DNA of 64,000 bases from Hemiscyllium ocellatum (Eukaryota): the NCBI RefSeq assembly GCF_020745735.1, contig NC_083407.1, positions 111,292,748 through 111,356,747 on the forward strand, given 5' to 3'. A program made the position numbers and the translations under genes. The notes beneath the pieces are model-generated. The model saw only the letters and a program-made list of their open reading frames with translations. It had not been told where the DNA came from and made no database searches. This document shows positions 36,763 to 48,979 of the stretch, one piece after another. The number at the start of each line of letters is the position of its first letter. Position 1 is the first letter of the stretch.

Positions 36763-39700
36763 AACATAGAACAGTACAGATTCTTCGGCCCCCGATGTTA
36801 TGCCAGCCTAAAAGGCATTTGGATGGGTATATGAGTAGGAAGGGTTTGGAGGGATATGGGCCGGGTGCTGGCAGGTGGGACTAGATTGGGTTGGGATATC
36901 TGGTCAGCATGTAGGTTGGACTGAAGGGTCTGTTTCCATTCTGTACATCTCTATGACTCTAAGATCAGACTAAGCAACATACCCTTCAATTTACTAACTT
37001 CCATATGCCTATCCAAGAGTAACTTCAATGTCCCTAATGTATCTGACTCTGCTACATTGCTGGCAGTGCATTCCATGCACCCACCACTCTCTGTGTAAAG
37101 AACTGACCTCTGACATCTCCCCTAAACCTTCCTCTAATCACCTTAAAATTATGTCCCCTTGTGATAGCCATTTCAGCCCTGAAAAAGTCTCTGGCTATCC
37201 ATTCTGTCTATGCCCCTCATCATCTGGTACACCTCTATCAAGTCACCTCTCATCCTTCTTCGTTCCAATGGGAAAAGCCTAGCTCTCTCAACCTTTCTTC
37301 ATAAGACATGCCCTCCAGTCCAGGCAGTGTCCTCTTAATTTCCCTCTGTACCCTCTTTAAAACTTCCTTATCCTTCCTATAATGAACTGATCACATTTGA
37401 ATACAATATTTCAAGTGTGGGCTAACCAGGACTCTATAGAGCTGCAGCATAACCTCATGGCTCTTAAACTCAGTCCCTCTGCTAATGAAAGTCAACACAC
37501 CACACGCCTTCTTAACAACCCTATCAACTTGGGTGGCAACTTTGAGGGATCTATGGACATAGATCCGAAGATCCTTCTGTTCCTCCACACTGCCAAGAAT
37601 CTTTCCTTTAACCTTGTACCCTGCATTCAAATTCGACCTTCCAAAATGAATCACTTCACACTTTTCCAGGTTGAACTCCAGCTGCCACCTCTCAGCCCAG
37701 TTCTGCATCCTGTCAATGTCCCGTTGCAACCTACAACAGCCCTCCACACTATCCACCACTCCTTCAACCTTCATGTCATCAGGAAACTTCCACTTCCTCT
37801 TCCAAGTCATTTGTAAAAATCACAAAGAGCAGAGGTCCCAGAACAGATCCCTGCGGAACCGAGCTCCACACTGAATACTGTCCATCTACTACCACCCTGT
37901 GACTTCCATGTGCCAGCCAACTTTGTATCCAGACAGTCAAATTTCCCTGTACCCTATGCCTCCTCACTTTATGAATGAGCCTACCATGGGAACCTCACTA
38001 AAGACCTTGCTAAAATCCATGTACATCACATCTGCTTGACCTTCATCGCGTGTTTTGTCACATCCTCAAAGAATTCCAAATGGCTTGTGAGGCATGACCT
38101 ACCCTCACAAAGCCATACTGACAATCTCTAATCAAATATGGTTTTCCAAGTAACCATAAATCCTGTCTCTCGGAATCCTCTCCAATATTCTGCCCAACAC
38201 AGATGCAAGATTGTAATTCCCAGGGTTAGCCCTATTCCCTTTCCTGAACAGAGGAATAACATTTACCACTCTCCACTCATCTGGCACTACTCCAGTGGAC
38301 AGTGGGGACACAAAGATCATTGTCAAAGGCACAGCAACCTCTTACCTCACTTCCTGTGGGAACCTAGGGTATATCCCATCTGGTCCAGAGGACTTACCTA
38401 TTCTTAGCGTTTTTCAAACTTTTCAGTACGTTCTCCTTCTTAACACCAACCTGTTTGAACATGTCAGTCTGTTATATGCTGTCCTCACAAGCAACAAGGT
38501 CCCTCTCAGTAGTGAATACTGAAGCAAAATATTCATTAAGGACCTCCCCTACATCTTCTGACTCCAGGTGCAAGTTCCCTCCATTATCCCTGATCAGCGC
38601 TAACCTCACTGTGGCCATCCGCTTGTTCCTCACATAAGGGCGGCACGGTGGCACAGTGGTTAGCACTGCTGCCTCACAGCGCCGGAGACCCGGGTTCAAT
38701 TCCCGACTCATGCGACTGACTGTGTGGAGTTTGCACGTTCTCCCCGTGTCAGCGTGGGTTTCCACCGGGTGCTCCGGTTTCCTCCCACAGTCCAAAGATG
38801 TGCGGGTTAGGTGAATTGACCATGCTAAATTGCCCGTAGTGTTAGGTAAGGGGTATATGTAGGGGTATGGGTGGGTTGCGCTTCGGCGGGTCAGTGTGGA
38901 CTTGTTGGGCCGAAGGGCCTGTTTCCACACTGTAAGTCTAATCTAATCTAAAAAAAGTGTAGAATGCCTTAGGGTTTTCCTTAATCCTAGGTGCTGAAGC
39001 TTTTTCATGCCCCCTTCTAGCTCTCCAAAGTCCATTCTTCATTTCCTTCCTGGTGACCTTGTAACCCTCTAGAGCCCTGTCTGATCCTTGTCTCCTCAGC
39101 CTTAAGTAAGCTTCCTTTTTCCTCTTGACTAGAAGTTCGACATCCCTTGTCACCTAACGTTCCTTCACTCCACCATCCCTTCCTTACCTGAGTGCAACAA
39201 ACCTGTCCAACAGGAGAAAGTGAGGACTGCAGATGTTGGAGATCAGAGCTGATAATGTGTTGCTGGAAAAGCGCAGCAGGTCAGGTAGCATCCAAGGAGC
39301 AGGAGAGTCGACGTTTCAGGCATGAGCCCTTCTTCAGGAGGGCTCATGCCCGAAACGTCGACTCTCCTGCTCCTTGGATGCTGCCTGACCTGCTGCACTT
39401 TTCCAGCAACACAATTTCAAACCTGTCCAGCACTATAGCAAGTGCTCCCTAAATAACCACTATATTTCTGTCTTGCATTTTCCTGAGAACATCTCTTCCC
39501 AATTTAGGCGGCCCAGTTCCTGCCTATATAGCATTGTAATTCCCTCTCCCCCAATTACATACCTACCCATACCAAATGCTCCTATCCCTCTCCATGACTA
39601 CAGCAAAGGTGAGAGAATTGTGATCACTAACACTGAAATGTTCTCTCACCGAGAGATCTGACCCCTAGCCTGGTTCGTTGCCAAGCACCAAATCCAGTAT

Positions 39701-40186
39701 GGCCTCCCCTCTAGTCAGCCTATCTACACATTGAGTCTAGAATCCTTCCTGGACACACATGACAAAAATTGCTTCATCCAAACTGTTTGAACTAAAGAGG
39801 TTTCAATCAATATTACGGAAGCTAAAGTCACCCATGACAACAACCCTGTTACTTCTGTATCTTTCCAAAATCTGCATCTCAATCTGCTCCTCCATGTCTC
39901 TGTTGCTACTGGGGGGTCTGTAGAATACTCCTAATAAAGTGACTGCACCTTTCCTATTTCTGACTTCTACTCATACTGACTCTGTAGACAAACCCTCCTC
40001 GATGACCCCCCTTTCTGTAAGTGTGATACTATCCCTGATTAGTAACACCACTCATCCACTTCTTTTACCTCACCCCCCCCCCTCCCCCAATTCCTTTTGT
40101 ACATCTAAACCCTGGACCATCCAACAACCATCCAGCAACCATTCCTGCCCCTCTGATATCCAAGTCTCTGTCAAGGCCATGACATC
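36763..40186 (-). mobile_element. Long decayed CR1 LINE (ORF2), with a CR1 3' end (~36809-36960 +), an HE1 SINE (38638-38950 +) and a PLE fold-back nested in it
   Basis: RT motifs SVPQGSVLGPLLFVIF, KFPDD, LQRDIDRMQNWAERW and VPDEWRVVNVIPLFRKG. Confidence 0.88.
39210..39417. mobile_element. ~208-bp fold-back Neptune pLTR element with hammerhead
   Basis: 12-bp TSD CAAACCTGTCCA at 39198-39209 and 39418-39429. Inverted arms at 39256-39330 and 39339-39413. Confidence 0.85.
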
Positions 40187-40854
40187 ATTTAAGGGATGGC
40201 CAGCAGACATTATATCACACCAGTGCTATATTTATTGAGACATAAAGGGTGTTGTTTGACATTTTCTCTCTATTTCTGGAATCAACATGCCTCATTACAA
40301 AGAACACAGACTTCAGAAAATCGAGAAAATTCCTGCTGTTTGATTAAAGCATTATAAAATCTAAAAGGCATCATAACTTCCGTTTAGAGTGTTTGATCTT
40401 GTGCAGTCCTTCTCCAGCTCTTCTATGGGCTGGTGAAAGGAAGGTTTTGTAAAAGAGCTTTGATAGTAGAGAGATGGTATTCAAAAGAGAAGTCTATCGT
40501 GCCCATGTACCGCATTTTTGAAGGACAAGTTCAGAGTTTGAAAAGAAGCACACAGGATCCATGACTTTATAAATAGTAGGGGTTTGAGTGACACAGGGGA
40601 GACGTGTGATAGAATTGGATAGGACACCTAGCGAAGGCAATCTCAACATTGTAAATGCTTTGCATGAGCAGCATAGCAGGTTTTTCGCTCGGCAGCAGCA
40701 AATTTCCAATTAAGAGGAACTGAGTTCACTAATGCCTAACTGGACATTGCGGTAGGTTAAGGATGCATACTGCCCTGAGCTGCTAACGTAGGAGCTGTAG
40801 GCATAATTCCCCAAAAAGGAAATCGTGAGGTTATGGAGAACGAGAATGCATCCC

Positions 40855-42490
40855 AAGCTTCAATACAGTAGCTGCACCGCTGTCAGACCAGCTACAGAAA
40901 ATAAATGTCAAATGGACAGAGTAATGCCAAGTTGGAAAGAGTTCGGAAAGCTGAATGCTATTTCACAACTGAGCCTGTGCTTACGGTTCTAAACAAACAT
41001 TTAAAGTAGCCATTGATGCAAGTAACATCAGGGTAAGGACTGTTTCCCTGATCAGCCTAAAATATAGAGCTCAATCAGGTACTAATAAAATAAAAATATG
41101 CAAACATCAGAGACGGTATTCCACAATAGAGAAGGAAGCCCCTCCTGTACTGCTGGCTCTCAAACATTTTGAGATAAATGTCATAAGTGGACACAGAGGA
41201 GATGACAGTCTATACTGACCACAACCTATTAACTTTTATGGAAAGGTTTAAGACTCAGAACACCAGGTTGTTCTGTTTGTGCTCATTTCTTCAACCATTC
41301 CTATTTTTAAAAAAAATCATCCACGTTGCCAGGATATGAAAAGTAATTGCCCAAAACCAAAACAGACTCAGTTAGAATTGAAAAATAATAGTGACCAAGG
41401 CTAAGGGAATGGATGTGTGAGACAGAATGCTGTTCTTTTATATATTCTGCTCTTTTTCACTCACTGTCATGAAATAAAAATGAGTCTCATTTCAACAATC
41501 CAAGAGAAAATTGTATTAAAACAACAGGTCAGAACCCAAAATATTGCAGGCATTTTGAACCTGCGAGTCCAAGATGTATTTTTAAAAGAGGATTGCTACA
41601 GAGACAAAACAATTGCAAGTAGAAATGAGTTTTGCATAGATGAATGGGATACAATAACTACAGATATGAAAGAAACTTAGAACAGACTGGACTGTGACTG
41701 AAAGATAGAGGGGTAACATTGTCCTGCTGAACAGCAAAATGTTGCCTTGTGGATTATGTCTATATTGCACACAGATTTTATGTTTTGCCTTTTGAACCAC
41801 AAGGCCAGGGAATTAAGAAGTCAGTTTCAACTCTACTGGAGTGGACTAGTGGGACTTAATGTGTCCCAGTTTGAGTTTGAATGTTAATATGCTGTGAAGG
41901 TCATAGTTGAACTGTCCCCTAGTTACCCCTGTGTTACAGGCAAAGAAATTTTTCTCGCTCTGGATGATGCAAACATTTTTGTTTCGAAAAGAATGGGAAT
42001 TTGGACAAAGGAACTTCAATCAGCCTATGAAACAAAAAAATCTCAACTACCAATGTCAATATTACTGGCAACCTTCACTGAACCTTCAACTATCAGACTG
42101 GTGAATTCAGACTGATCCATATCTTTGTTTTAAGTCTCTAATTGTTTTGGATTCTCTTTCCTTGAATCTGTGCATATGTAGGTTACATTTGTATTATTAC
42201 TCACGTGAATTAATTAATTCACATGTGTAATAGTACAAATGTAACCTAAATAATTCATTAATTCGAGAAATCCTAATTAAATTGGCTCATTTTAAAGCCT
42301 AAGTAACATTTGAATCTGGGAGAAAGGCCCAAGGGAAGGGATCCTTTTTAAGTTTATTTTCTTGCAACCAACCAAGGGGGCGGAGGAGTGAAGAAGAAAC
42401 AGCAATTCATCCCTCCTCACCCGTAAGTTGGACAGTGGTGGGTATCCAGCTGAGACAGTCATAAATTGGGGAATCTCGCATGGGGTCTGG
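40855..42490 (+). mobile_element. Gypsy-type LTR retrotransposon remnant (RT connection, RNase H, then LTR-like region; possibly Gmr1-like)
   Basis: Frameshifted motifs VAAPLSD, KWTE, AIDASN, TIEKEA..LLALKHFEI, VYTDHNLLTF and KIIHVA, followed directly by non-coding LTR-like sequence and a decayed PBS-like TGGGG at ~42466. Confidence 0.65.
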
Positions 42491-42572
42491 TTGGAACAGA
42501 GATGCCAGTGTGTTCAGGGACTTCCCACCAGAGAGCTGGTATTCACTATGACACCACCATCCATAGATATAG

Positions 42573-42930
42573 TGCATTTGGACATGAACTGCATCAGTCC
42601 TTGAGGAGTTGGGAACGGTACTGAACATTGTGCAAGCATCAGCAAACATCCCTACTTCTGACCTGACAATGGAGGGAAGGTCATTGATAAAGCAGCTGAA
42701 GATAGATAGGCTTCAGTCACCGAGGAACTGCTACAGACATTTCCTGGAGCTGAGATGGCTGACCTCAATCAACTACAACCATCTTGCTTTGTATGTAGGA
42801 AGACTCCAACCAGTGGAGACTTTCCCTTTGATTCCCATTATTTCTACTTTTGCTAGGGCTCCTTAATGCCGTATTCATTCAAATGGTCACCTCGATGTCA
42901 AAGGCAGTCATTCTCACCTCACCTCTCTGG
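42573..42930 (-). mobile_element. RT fragment of the same LINE family as 21575-24308
   Basis: SEVGMFADACTMFSTV motif. Confidence 0.7.
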
Positions 42931-43720
42931 TCCACAGAAGAGAGTGGTCAAAGTTGTGTATTTTGAGGATATGTTTGATAATGGCAGGTATAAAAGGAAG
43001 AAGGATCCCCATATTCAAAGAAAAATATTAGCTGATAATCTCAGCTACTTGGGGAGTTGGATGGTCAGCATTTTGGTGGGATTAGTGTCGGGGAGCAGGA
43101 GGTGGATCAGCAAGAGGAACTTGGAGAGGGCATTAGGGAGGTGGGATTAAAAGACTATAGAAATATGCAAGTTCAGATCTATACCAGGAGGGATTTTTTG
43201 AATGATGTTTGTCCTGATGAGCTGAAGAAAGCTGGTGAACTTAGGGTCTCAATATTAGGAACAAAGACTTTGGACATATTGGGTTCCGGGTACCAACCAC
43301 GTCTGGGGTAGTCCATTGCCGCCTATGCTGCGTCTAAGGGTGTATCTAATTAGAAAGGATAGACCACTGGAGAGTCTATACAAGAAGATGCACTAAATGT
43401 TACATAATGAGGTATAGTTTATTGGATGATATCTATAGGTACAATTAACATGAATTAGTTAGGTCTGTTACAACCATCGGGAGCCAGAGATGACCAATCT
43501 GACTCCATCAGGGCCTCATGCACGATTGCTTAATTTTCTAGCCAAAGACTATAATACAGCATCAAATTCAATGGTTCCATGTACATTTTCAACACTAACT
43601 CCATCAGAACTAGTGTTTTGTAAAACCAAATCCAGGCACGTATTGTCAAAGATGAGGCAAATGAAAAGAGTTCAAGAATATGATTAGAAGTAAAGAAGCA
43701 ATTATTTTCTTCATGTGATG
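42931..43720 (+). pseudogene. Very decayed retrovirus-like pol remnant (RNase H, then integrase C-terminal core)
   Basis: Across frameshifts: ADNLSYLGS/DGQHFGGISV, DQQEEL..RAL, VQIYTRRDF, WVPG-YQPRLG*SIAAYAASKG (cf. WVPGH..GN..AD..A), then NTASN..TLTPSELVF (cf. N.T..TGLTP.ELLFG). Confidence 0.5.
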
Positions 43721-43766
43721 TGAGCGGTTAGGCCAGCAGTTATTGCCTGTCGCTAAGAATCAATGA

Positions 43767-46485
43767 CATTAGAACATAGAACATTGAACATTACAGCGCA
43801 GTACAGACCCTTCGGCTCTCGATGTTGTGCCAACCTGTGGAACCAATCTGAAGCCTACATAACTTACATTATTCCATTCTCATCCATATCTTTATCCAAT
43901 GACCATTTAAATGCACTTAAACTTGGTGGATCTACCACTGTTGCCGGCAGGGCATTCCAGCCTCTACTACTGTCTGAGTAAAGAAGCTACCTCTGACATT
44001 TGTCCTCGATCGATCACCCCTCAACTTAAAGCTATGTCCTCTCATGCTAGCTGTCATCATCTGAGGAAAAAGGCTCTCACTGTCCACCCTATCTGCCCCT
44101 CTGATTGTCTTACATGTCTCAATTAAGTCACCTCTCAACCTTTTTCTCTCCAATGAAAACAGCCTCAAGTCTCTCAGCCTTTCCTCATAAGACCATACCA
44201 TACCAGGCAACATCCTAGGAAATCTCCTCTGAACCCTTTCCAAAGCTTCCACATCCTTCCTATAATGCAGTGACCAGAACTGTACGCAATACTTCAAGTG
44301 CAGCTGTGCCAAAGTTTTGTACAGCTGACCTCAATCCCTCTGCCAATAAAAACTAACACACCACATGCCTTCTTAACAAATCTATCAACCTGGGTGGCAA
44401 CTTTCAGGGATCTATCTGCATGGACACTGAGATCTCTCTGCTCATCTACACTGTCAGGAATCTTAAGATTAGCCTAGTCCTAGATGCTCCTTCCAAAGTG
44501 AATCACCCCACACTTCTCCATATTGAACTCCATTTGCTCCCCCTCAGCCCTCTAACTGGCAACATCCTTTGGCACTATCCACAACTCCACTGACCTTCGT
44601 GTCATCCATAAATTTACTAACCCATCCTTCTACACCCATATCCAGATCATTTATAAAAATGACAAACATCAGTGGACCTAAAAGAGATCCTTGCGGTACA
44701 CTACTAGTAACTGAACTCCAGGATGAACATTTCCCATCAACCACCACCTTCTGTCTTCTTTCAGCTAGCCAAGTTCTGATCCAAACCACTAAGTCACCAT
44801 CAATCCCATGCCTCTGTATTTTGTGCAATAGCCTACCACTGCTGTCCTTGATTGGCCCTAATCTTACTCTTGTCATTCTTTTAGTCCTGATATACCGATA
44901 AAAAGCTTTAGAGTTTTCCTTAAAACTGTCTGTTGTTGAAAAATGTGGTGCTGGAAAAACACAGCAGGCCAGGCAGCATCCAAGGAGCAGGAGAATCAAC
45001 GTTTCGTGCATAAGCCCTTCTTCAGGAATGAGGCTGGTGTGCCAAGTGGGCTGAGATAAAAGGTATTGGGGAGGGAATTTGGGGGAGCGGCACTGGGAAT
45101 ACGATAGGTGGAAGGAGGTGAGGGTGATAGGCCGGAGAGGGGGTGGGGGCGGAGAGGTCGGGAAGAAGATTGCAGGTCAATAGGGCGGTGCTGAATCCGG
45201 GGGTTGGGACTGAGATAAGGTGGGGGAAGGGGAAAGGAGGAAGCTGCAGAAATCTACAATTATCCTGTGTAGTTGGAGGGTTCCTAGGCAGGAGATGAGG
45301 CGCTCTTCCTCCAGGCGTCGTGTGGTCAGGGTCTGGCGATGGAGGAGGCCAAGGACCTGCATGTCCTTGGCGGAGTGGGAGGGGGAGTTAAAGTGTTCAG
45401 CCATGGGGAGGTTGGGTTGGTTGGTGCGGGTGTCCCAGAGGTGTTCTCTGAAACGTTTTGCCTGTCTCCCCAATGTAGAGGGGACCACATCAGGTGCAGC
45501 GGAAACAGTAAATGATGTGTGTGGAGGTGCAGGAGAATTTGCGACGGATATCGAAGGATTTATTGGGGCCTTGGTGGGGGGTGAGGGGGGAGGTATGGGC
45601 GTAAGTTTTTCACTTCTTGCGGTTGCAGGGGAAGGTGCTGGGAGTGGAGGTTAGGTTGGTGAGGGGTGTGGACCTGACGAAGGAGTCGCGGAGGGAGTGG
45701 TCTCTCTGGAATGCTGATAGGGGTGGGGAGGGAAATATATCCCTGGTGGTGGGGGCTGTTTGGAGGTGGGGGAAATGACAGAGGATGATACGATGTATCC
45801 AGAGATTGGTGGGGTGGAAGGTGAGGACCAGTGGGGTTCTGTCGTGGTAATGAGTGGAGGGGTGGGGTTCAAGGACGGAGGTGCGGGAAGTGGAGGAAAT
45901 GCGGTGGAGAGCATTGTCGACCACATTGGAGGGGAAATTGCGGTCTTTGAAGAAGGTGGCCATTTGGGTTGTTCAGTAGTGGAATTGGTCCTCCTGGGAG
46001 CAGATGCGGCGGAGGCGAAGGAATTGGGAATATAGGATGGCGTTTCTACAGGGAGAAGGGTGGGAGGAGGTGTAGTCTAGGTAGCTGTGGGAGTCGGTCA
46101 GTTTGTAGTAAATGTCTGTGTTGAGTCGGTCGCCCGAGATAGAAATGGAGAGGTCTAGGAAGGGGAGGGAGGAGTCTGAGACAGTCCAGGTAAATTTTGA
46201 AGTCAGGGTGGAAGGTGTTAGTAAAGTGGATGAACTGTTCAACCTCCTCGTGGGAGCACCAGGTATGCCAATACAATCATCGATGTAGCAGAGGAAAAGG
46301 TGGGGGTTGGTGCCAGTGTAGCTGTGGAAGATGGACTGTTCCACATATCCAAAGAAGAGGCAGGCATAGCTGGGGCCCATGCGGGTGCCCATGGCTATTC
46401 CTTTGGTTTGGAGGAACTTGAAACTATTTGCCAATGACCTCTCATGTCCCCTCCTGGCTCTTCTTAGCTCTCTCTTTCTTTCCTG
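43767..46485 (-). mobile_element. CR1 LINE (split by a PLE)
   Basis: ORFs 43932-44312(-) and 44544-45011(-) contain SVPQGSLLGPLMFVIFINDL..FMDDTK. The element resumes at ~46419. Confidence 0.88.
44935..46418 (-). mobile_element. Neptune-type PLE (RT plus GIY-YIG remnants; hammerhead at 44994-45029)
   Basis: Motifs KGIAMGTRMGPSYACLF, YIDDCIG, FLDLSI..YYKLTDSHSYLDYTSSHP and RFREHL. Hammerhead CTGAAGA AGGGC TTAT GCAC GAAACGTT. Confidence 0.9.
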
Positions 46486-46489
46486 GCAC

Positions 46490-46972
46490 CCTAACTGAGC
46501 CTTCACATTTCATCCTGACATAATGCTGTGGGTCTGAGTCACATGAAGGCCAGACCAAGTAAGGAGGGCAGATTTACTTCCCTGAAGGACATTCTTAAAC
46601 CGGATTTTTTAATGACAATCGACAGTGGTTGTATGATTGATTCAGGCTAGTTTTTTTTAAAGTTCATATTTCACTATCTCTCATGGTAAGATTTGAATCC
46701 CTCTGTCCAGAACATTAGCTGGGATTGTGAATTGCATTAATACTGTGACACCATCACTCCATAAAAATGCTGCATTTGGGTATGGATTGCTTCAGTATCT
46801 GAAGAATCATGAATGGGGCTAATCATTATGCAAGCATCAGCAAACAACCCCACCTCTGACCTTATGATGGGGGGGGTGGGGAAGGTCATTAATGAAGCAG
46901 CTGAAGATGAATGGGCTGAGGTCATTGAGGAGCTGCTGCAAAGATGTCCTGGAGCTGAGATGGCTGACCTCT
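46490..46972 (-). mobile_element. SINE (leader family, 46490-46760) plus LINE RT fragment (46768-46972)
   Basis: Homology to 31880-32225 and to 42573-42930. The SINE's 3' tail appears at ~43727-43756. Confidence 0.6.
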
Positions 46973-48110
46973 GTAGGAAAGCTGAGTCCCGCGCACTGAG
47001 TACATTTGACTGAAGGACTTCCTCCCTGCCATCTGATCAGAAATCAACCTCAACGTGGGTCGATAAGTGTTGGTGCAATGAGCTCCTTAAGTGGACAAGG
47101 GTTTCACTGGGTGTTTTGAATGAGGAAGCCGTCAATGAGCTTCCTAGCCTAGACTTAGTTAGTGAGAAGGTAGTGTGGTCCACACCCACCTGATTAAATG
47201 CTCCCTTGCCTCAGGAAGACATTGAATCCTGCCCAGTGTGACTGATAACTTGGGAACTCTAAACATTTTGAGCACCATATTAATAACACCACTGGTGTGT
47301 GGGACAATGAATTCTTGAGCCCCAAGACTGGAGTGACTGGACAGTTAGATCACAAGGCAATGGTGATAGACTGGGCAATGAAGTAATTGAACTTTGAGGT
47401 GACTGGACTGAGGAGTAAAAGGGATAATTGCAAATTTGAATAATTAGATGACTAAATATCTGGAGAATTTGAGCAATAGATGGACAAGACAATTAGGTAA
47501 AAGCATTGTCATTTTAGCAAAGTAATTGTAGTCTAATGTCTCAATACTGGACAACTTTAAAGTATTCTGGAACATTAATGGTAATGGCCACTGAGCAATT
47601 TAATGGGCATTCACTTTCAGTTTCATTTCTGAATAGCATGTTCGCACTCTGACATCTTTTTACCATCTCAGCGAGAGAAAGAGACAGGGTTACAGTAGCT
47701 TCGATCAAGTAATTATCACAACTGGTTCAGTTCAGAGAGTGATGGTTTACTTTGTGTCCTGCAAGTGTGCTACCTAATGCTCAGTTCAATATCTATTTCT
47801 TTAGTTGATCACTTTTACCTTTGGTGATGATTTTCAAAGAACCCTCTGTTTAAATTGAGTGTCCCCAAGTTGCGTTAATCCACTGCTCCAACTCAGCCTC
47901 TGTCCGTCATACCAAAGGTAAAAAATAAAACTTTCAATAAAGTCAAACATGTTGAAATGTTTGGAGGTCAGAAAAATTGAGCGTTTGATTTTTTTCTCAT
48001 GCTTGGGACCTTCAGAGGACATCACTGATGTTCCAGCCACTCTATGCTCGTTTTTGTGTTGCTGCGATTACTGCAGAGACTCTTGGAGGGGATTATCAGT
48101 GACAAAACTC

Positions 48111-48332
48111 AAAAGGGGGGGTGTAATACAGGACATATGAACACTTCTGTCTCCGCCATACCTTAAGAACAGCTGTCTCAGTCTTCCCTTGTTCTTAGTA
48201 TCAACAAACCCAAGTTCTTAAATCCAAGCTCAAGTATTAGATGACAGGTATCAGAAGACAGGTATCAGAAGACAGCAGCAATTAGAACAGCTTGAATCCC
48301 AAGGCATACCTCAAGCCTTGTGGGAGGTTACA
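48111..48332 (+). mobile_element. Putative polypurine tract and short LTR of the retrovirus-like relic
   Basis: AAAAGGGGGGG immediately followed by TGTAA (48122), with TTACA ending at 48332. Confidence 0.4.
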
Positions 48333-48979
48333 AAAGGTGATCAAAAACTCCGCAAGATTTTAAAGAGTTTCTTCAAGGGGGAGAGAAATAGAGAGGCTGA
48401 GAGGTCTAGCATTTGCAGTCAAGCTAGTTGAAGGTGAGACTGTCAATGATGGAGGGGAAATGAAGCTACATGATAAGGGGATGCATGAGAGGGTAGACTT
48501 GGAAGAACGTAGAGTTTTCAGCTTATATCACTCATGTTGCAAAAGGATGGTGTGACCAGTTTGGCTCCTTTCAATTAAGAAGCAGCAAAAATGGGAGATG
48601 GTAATCTGTCTGTTTGAGTCAACTTACTAATTTTAAAAACATCGCTGAAAATATAGACAACCAGTGCTTTCAACATAAGGTCAGTTTAGAGCTTTAGAAA
48701 ATGATTAGAGAAAAAAATACCACAGAAAGACAGAATTCCAGTAGCATTAGAGAATTCTTGATTTAAAAATATTAATTAATTCAAAGGTAAAGGGTTCCTA
48801 AGTTGACCTAGGGATCAGTGGACACAGGGAGTACATTGCCAAAGAGCTCACTTCTCCACTCTACGGTTATGTATGACCTGAGTTATGTCAAGGCAGCTGT
48901 AAGGTTGGCATTTCCGTTAGCAGGTAAAGTGCTTGGCATGGACAGGAGTCGTCAGTTATACCACATGGCATTTAAAATT

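Noticed and set aside
43236-43272. ELRVSILGTK, resembling influenza nucleoprotein DLRVSSFIRGTK
   Set aside because: Too short. The surrounding motifs fit an RNase H better.
42560-46790. Two LINE RT fragments both breaking near CCAAATGCA
   Set aside because: They join unrelated sequences (a Gypsy internal region versus a SINE), so coincidence cannot be excluded.
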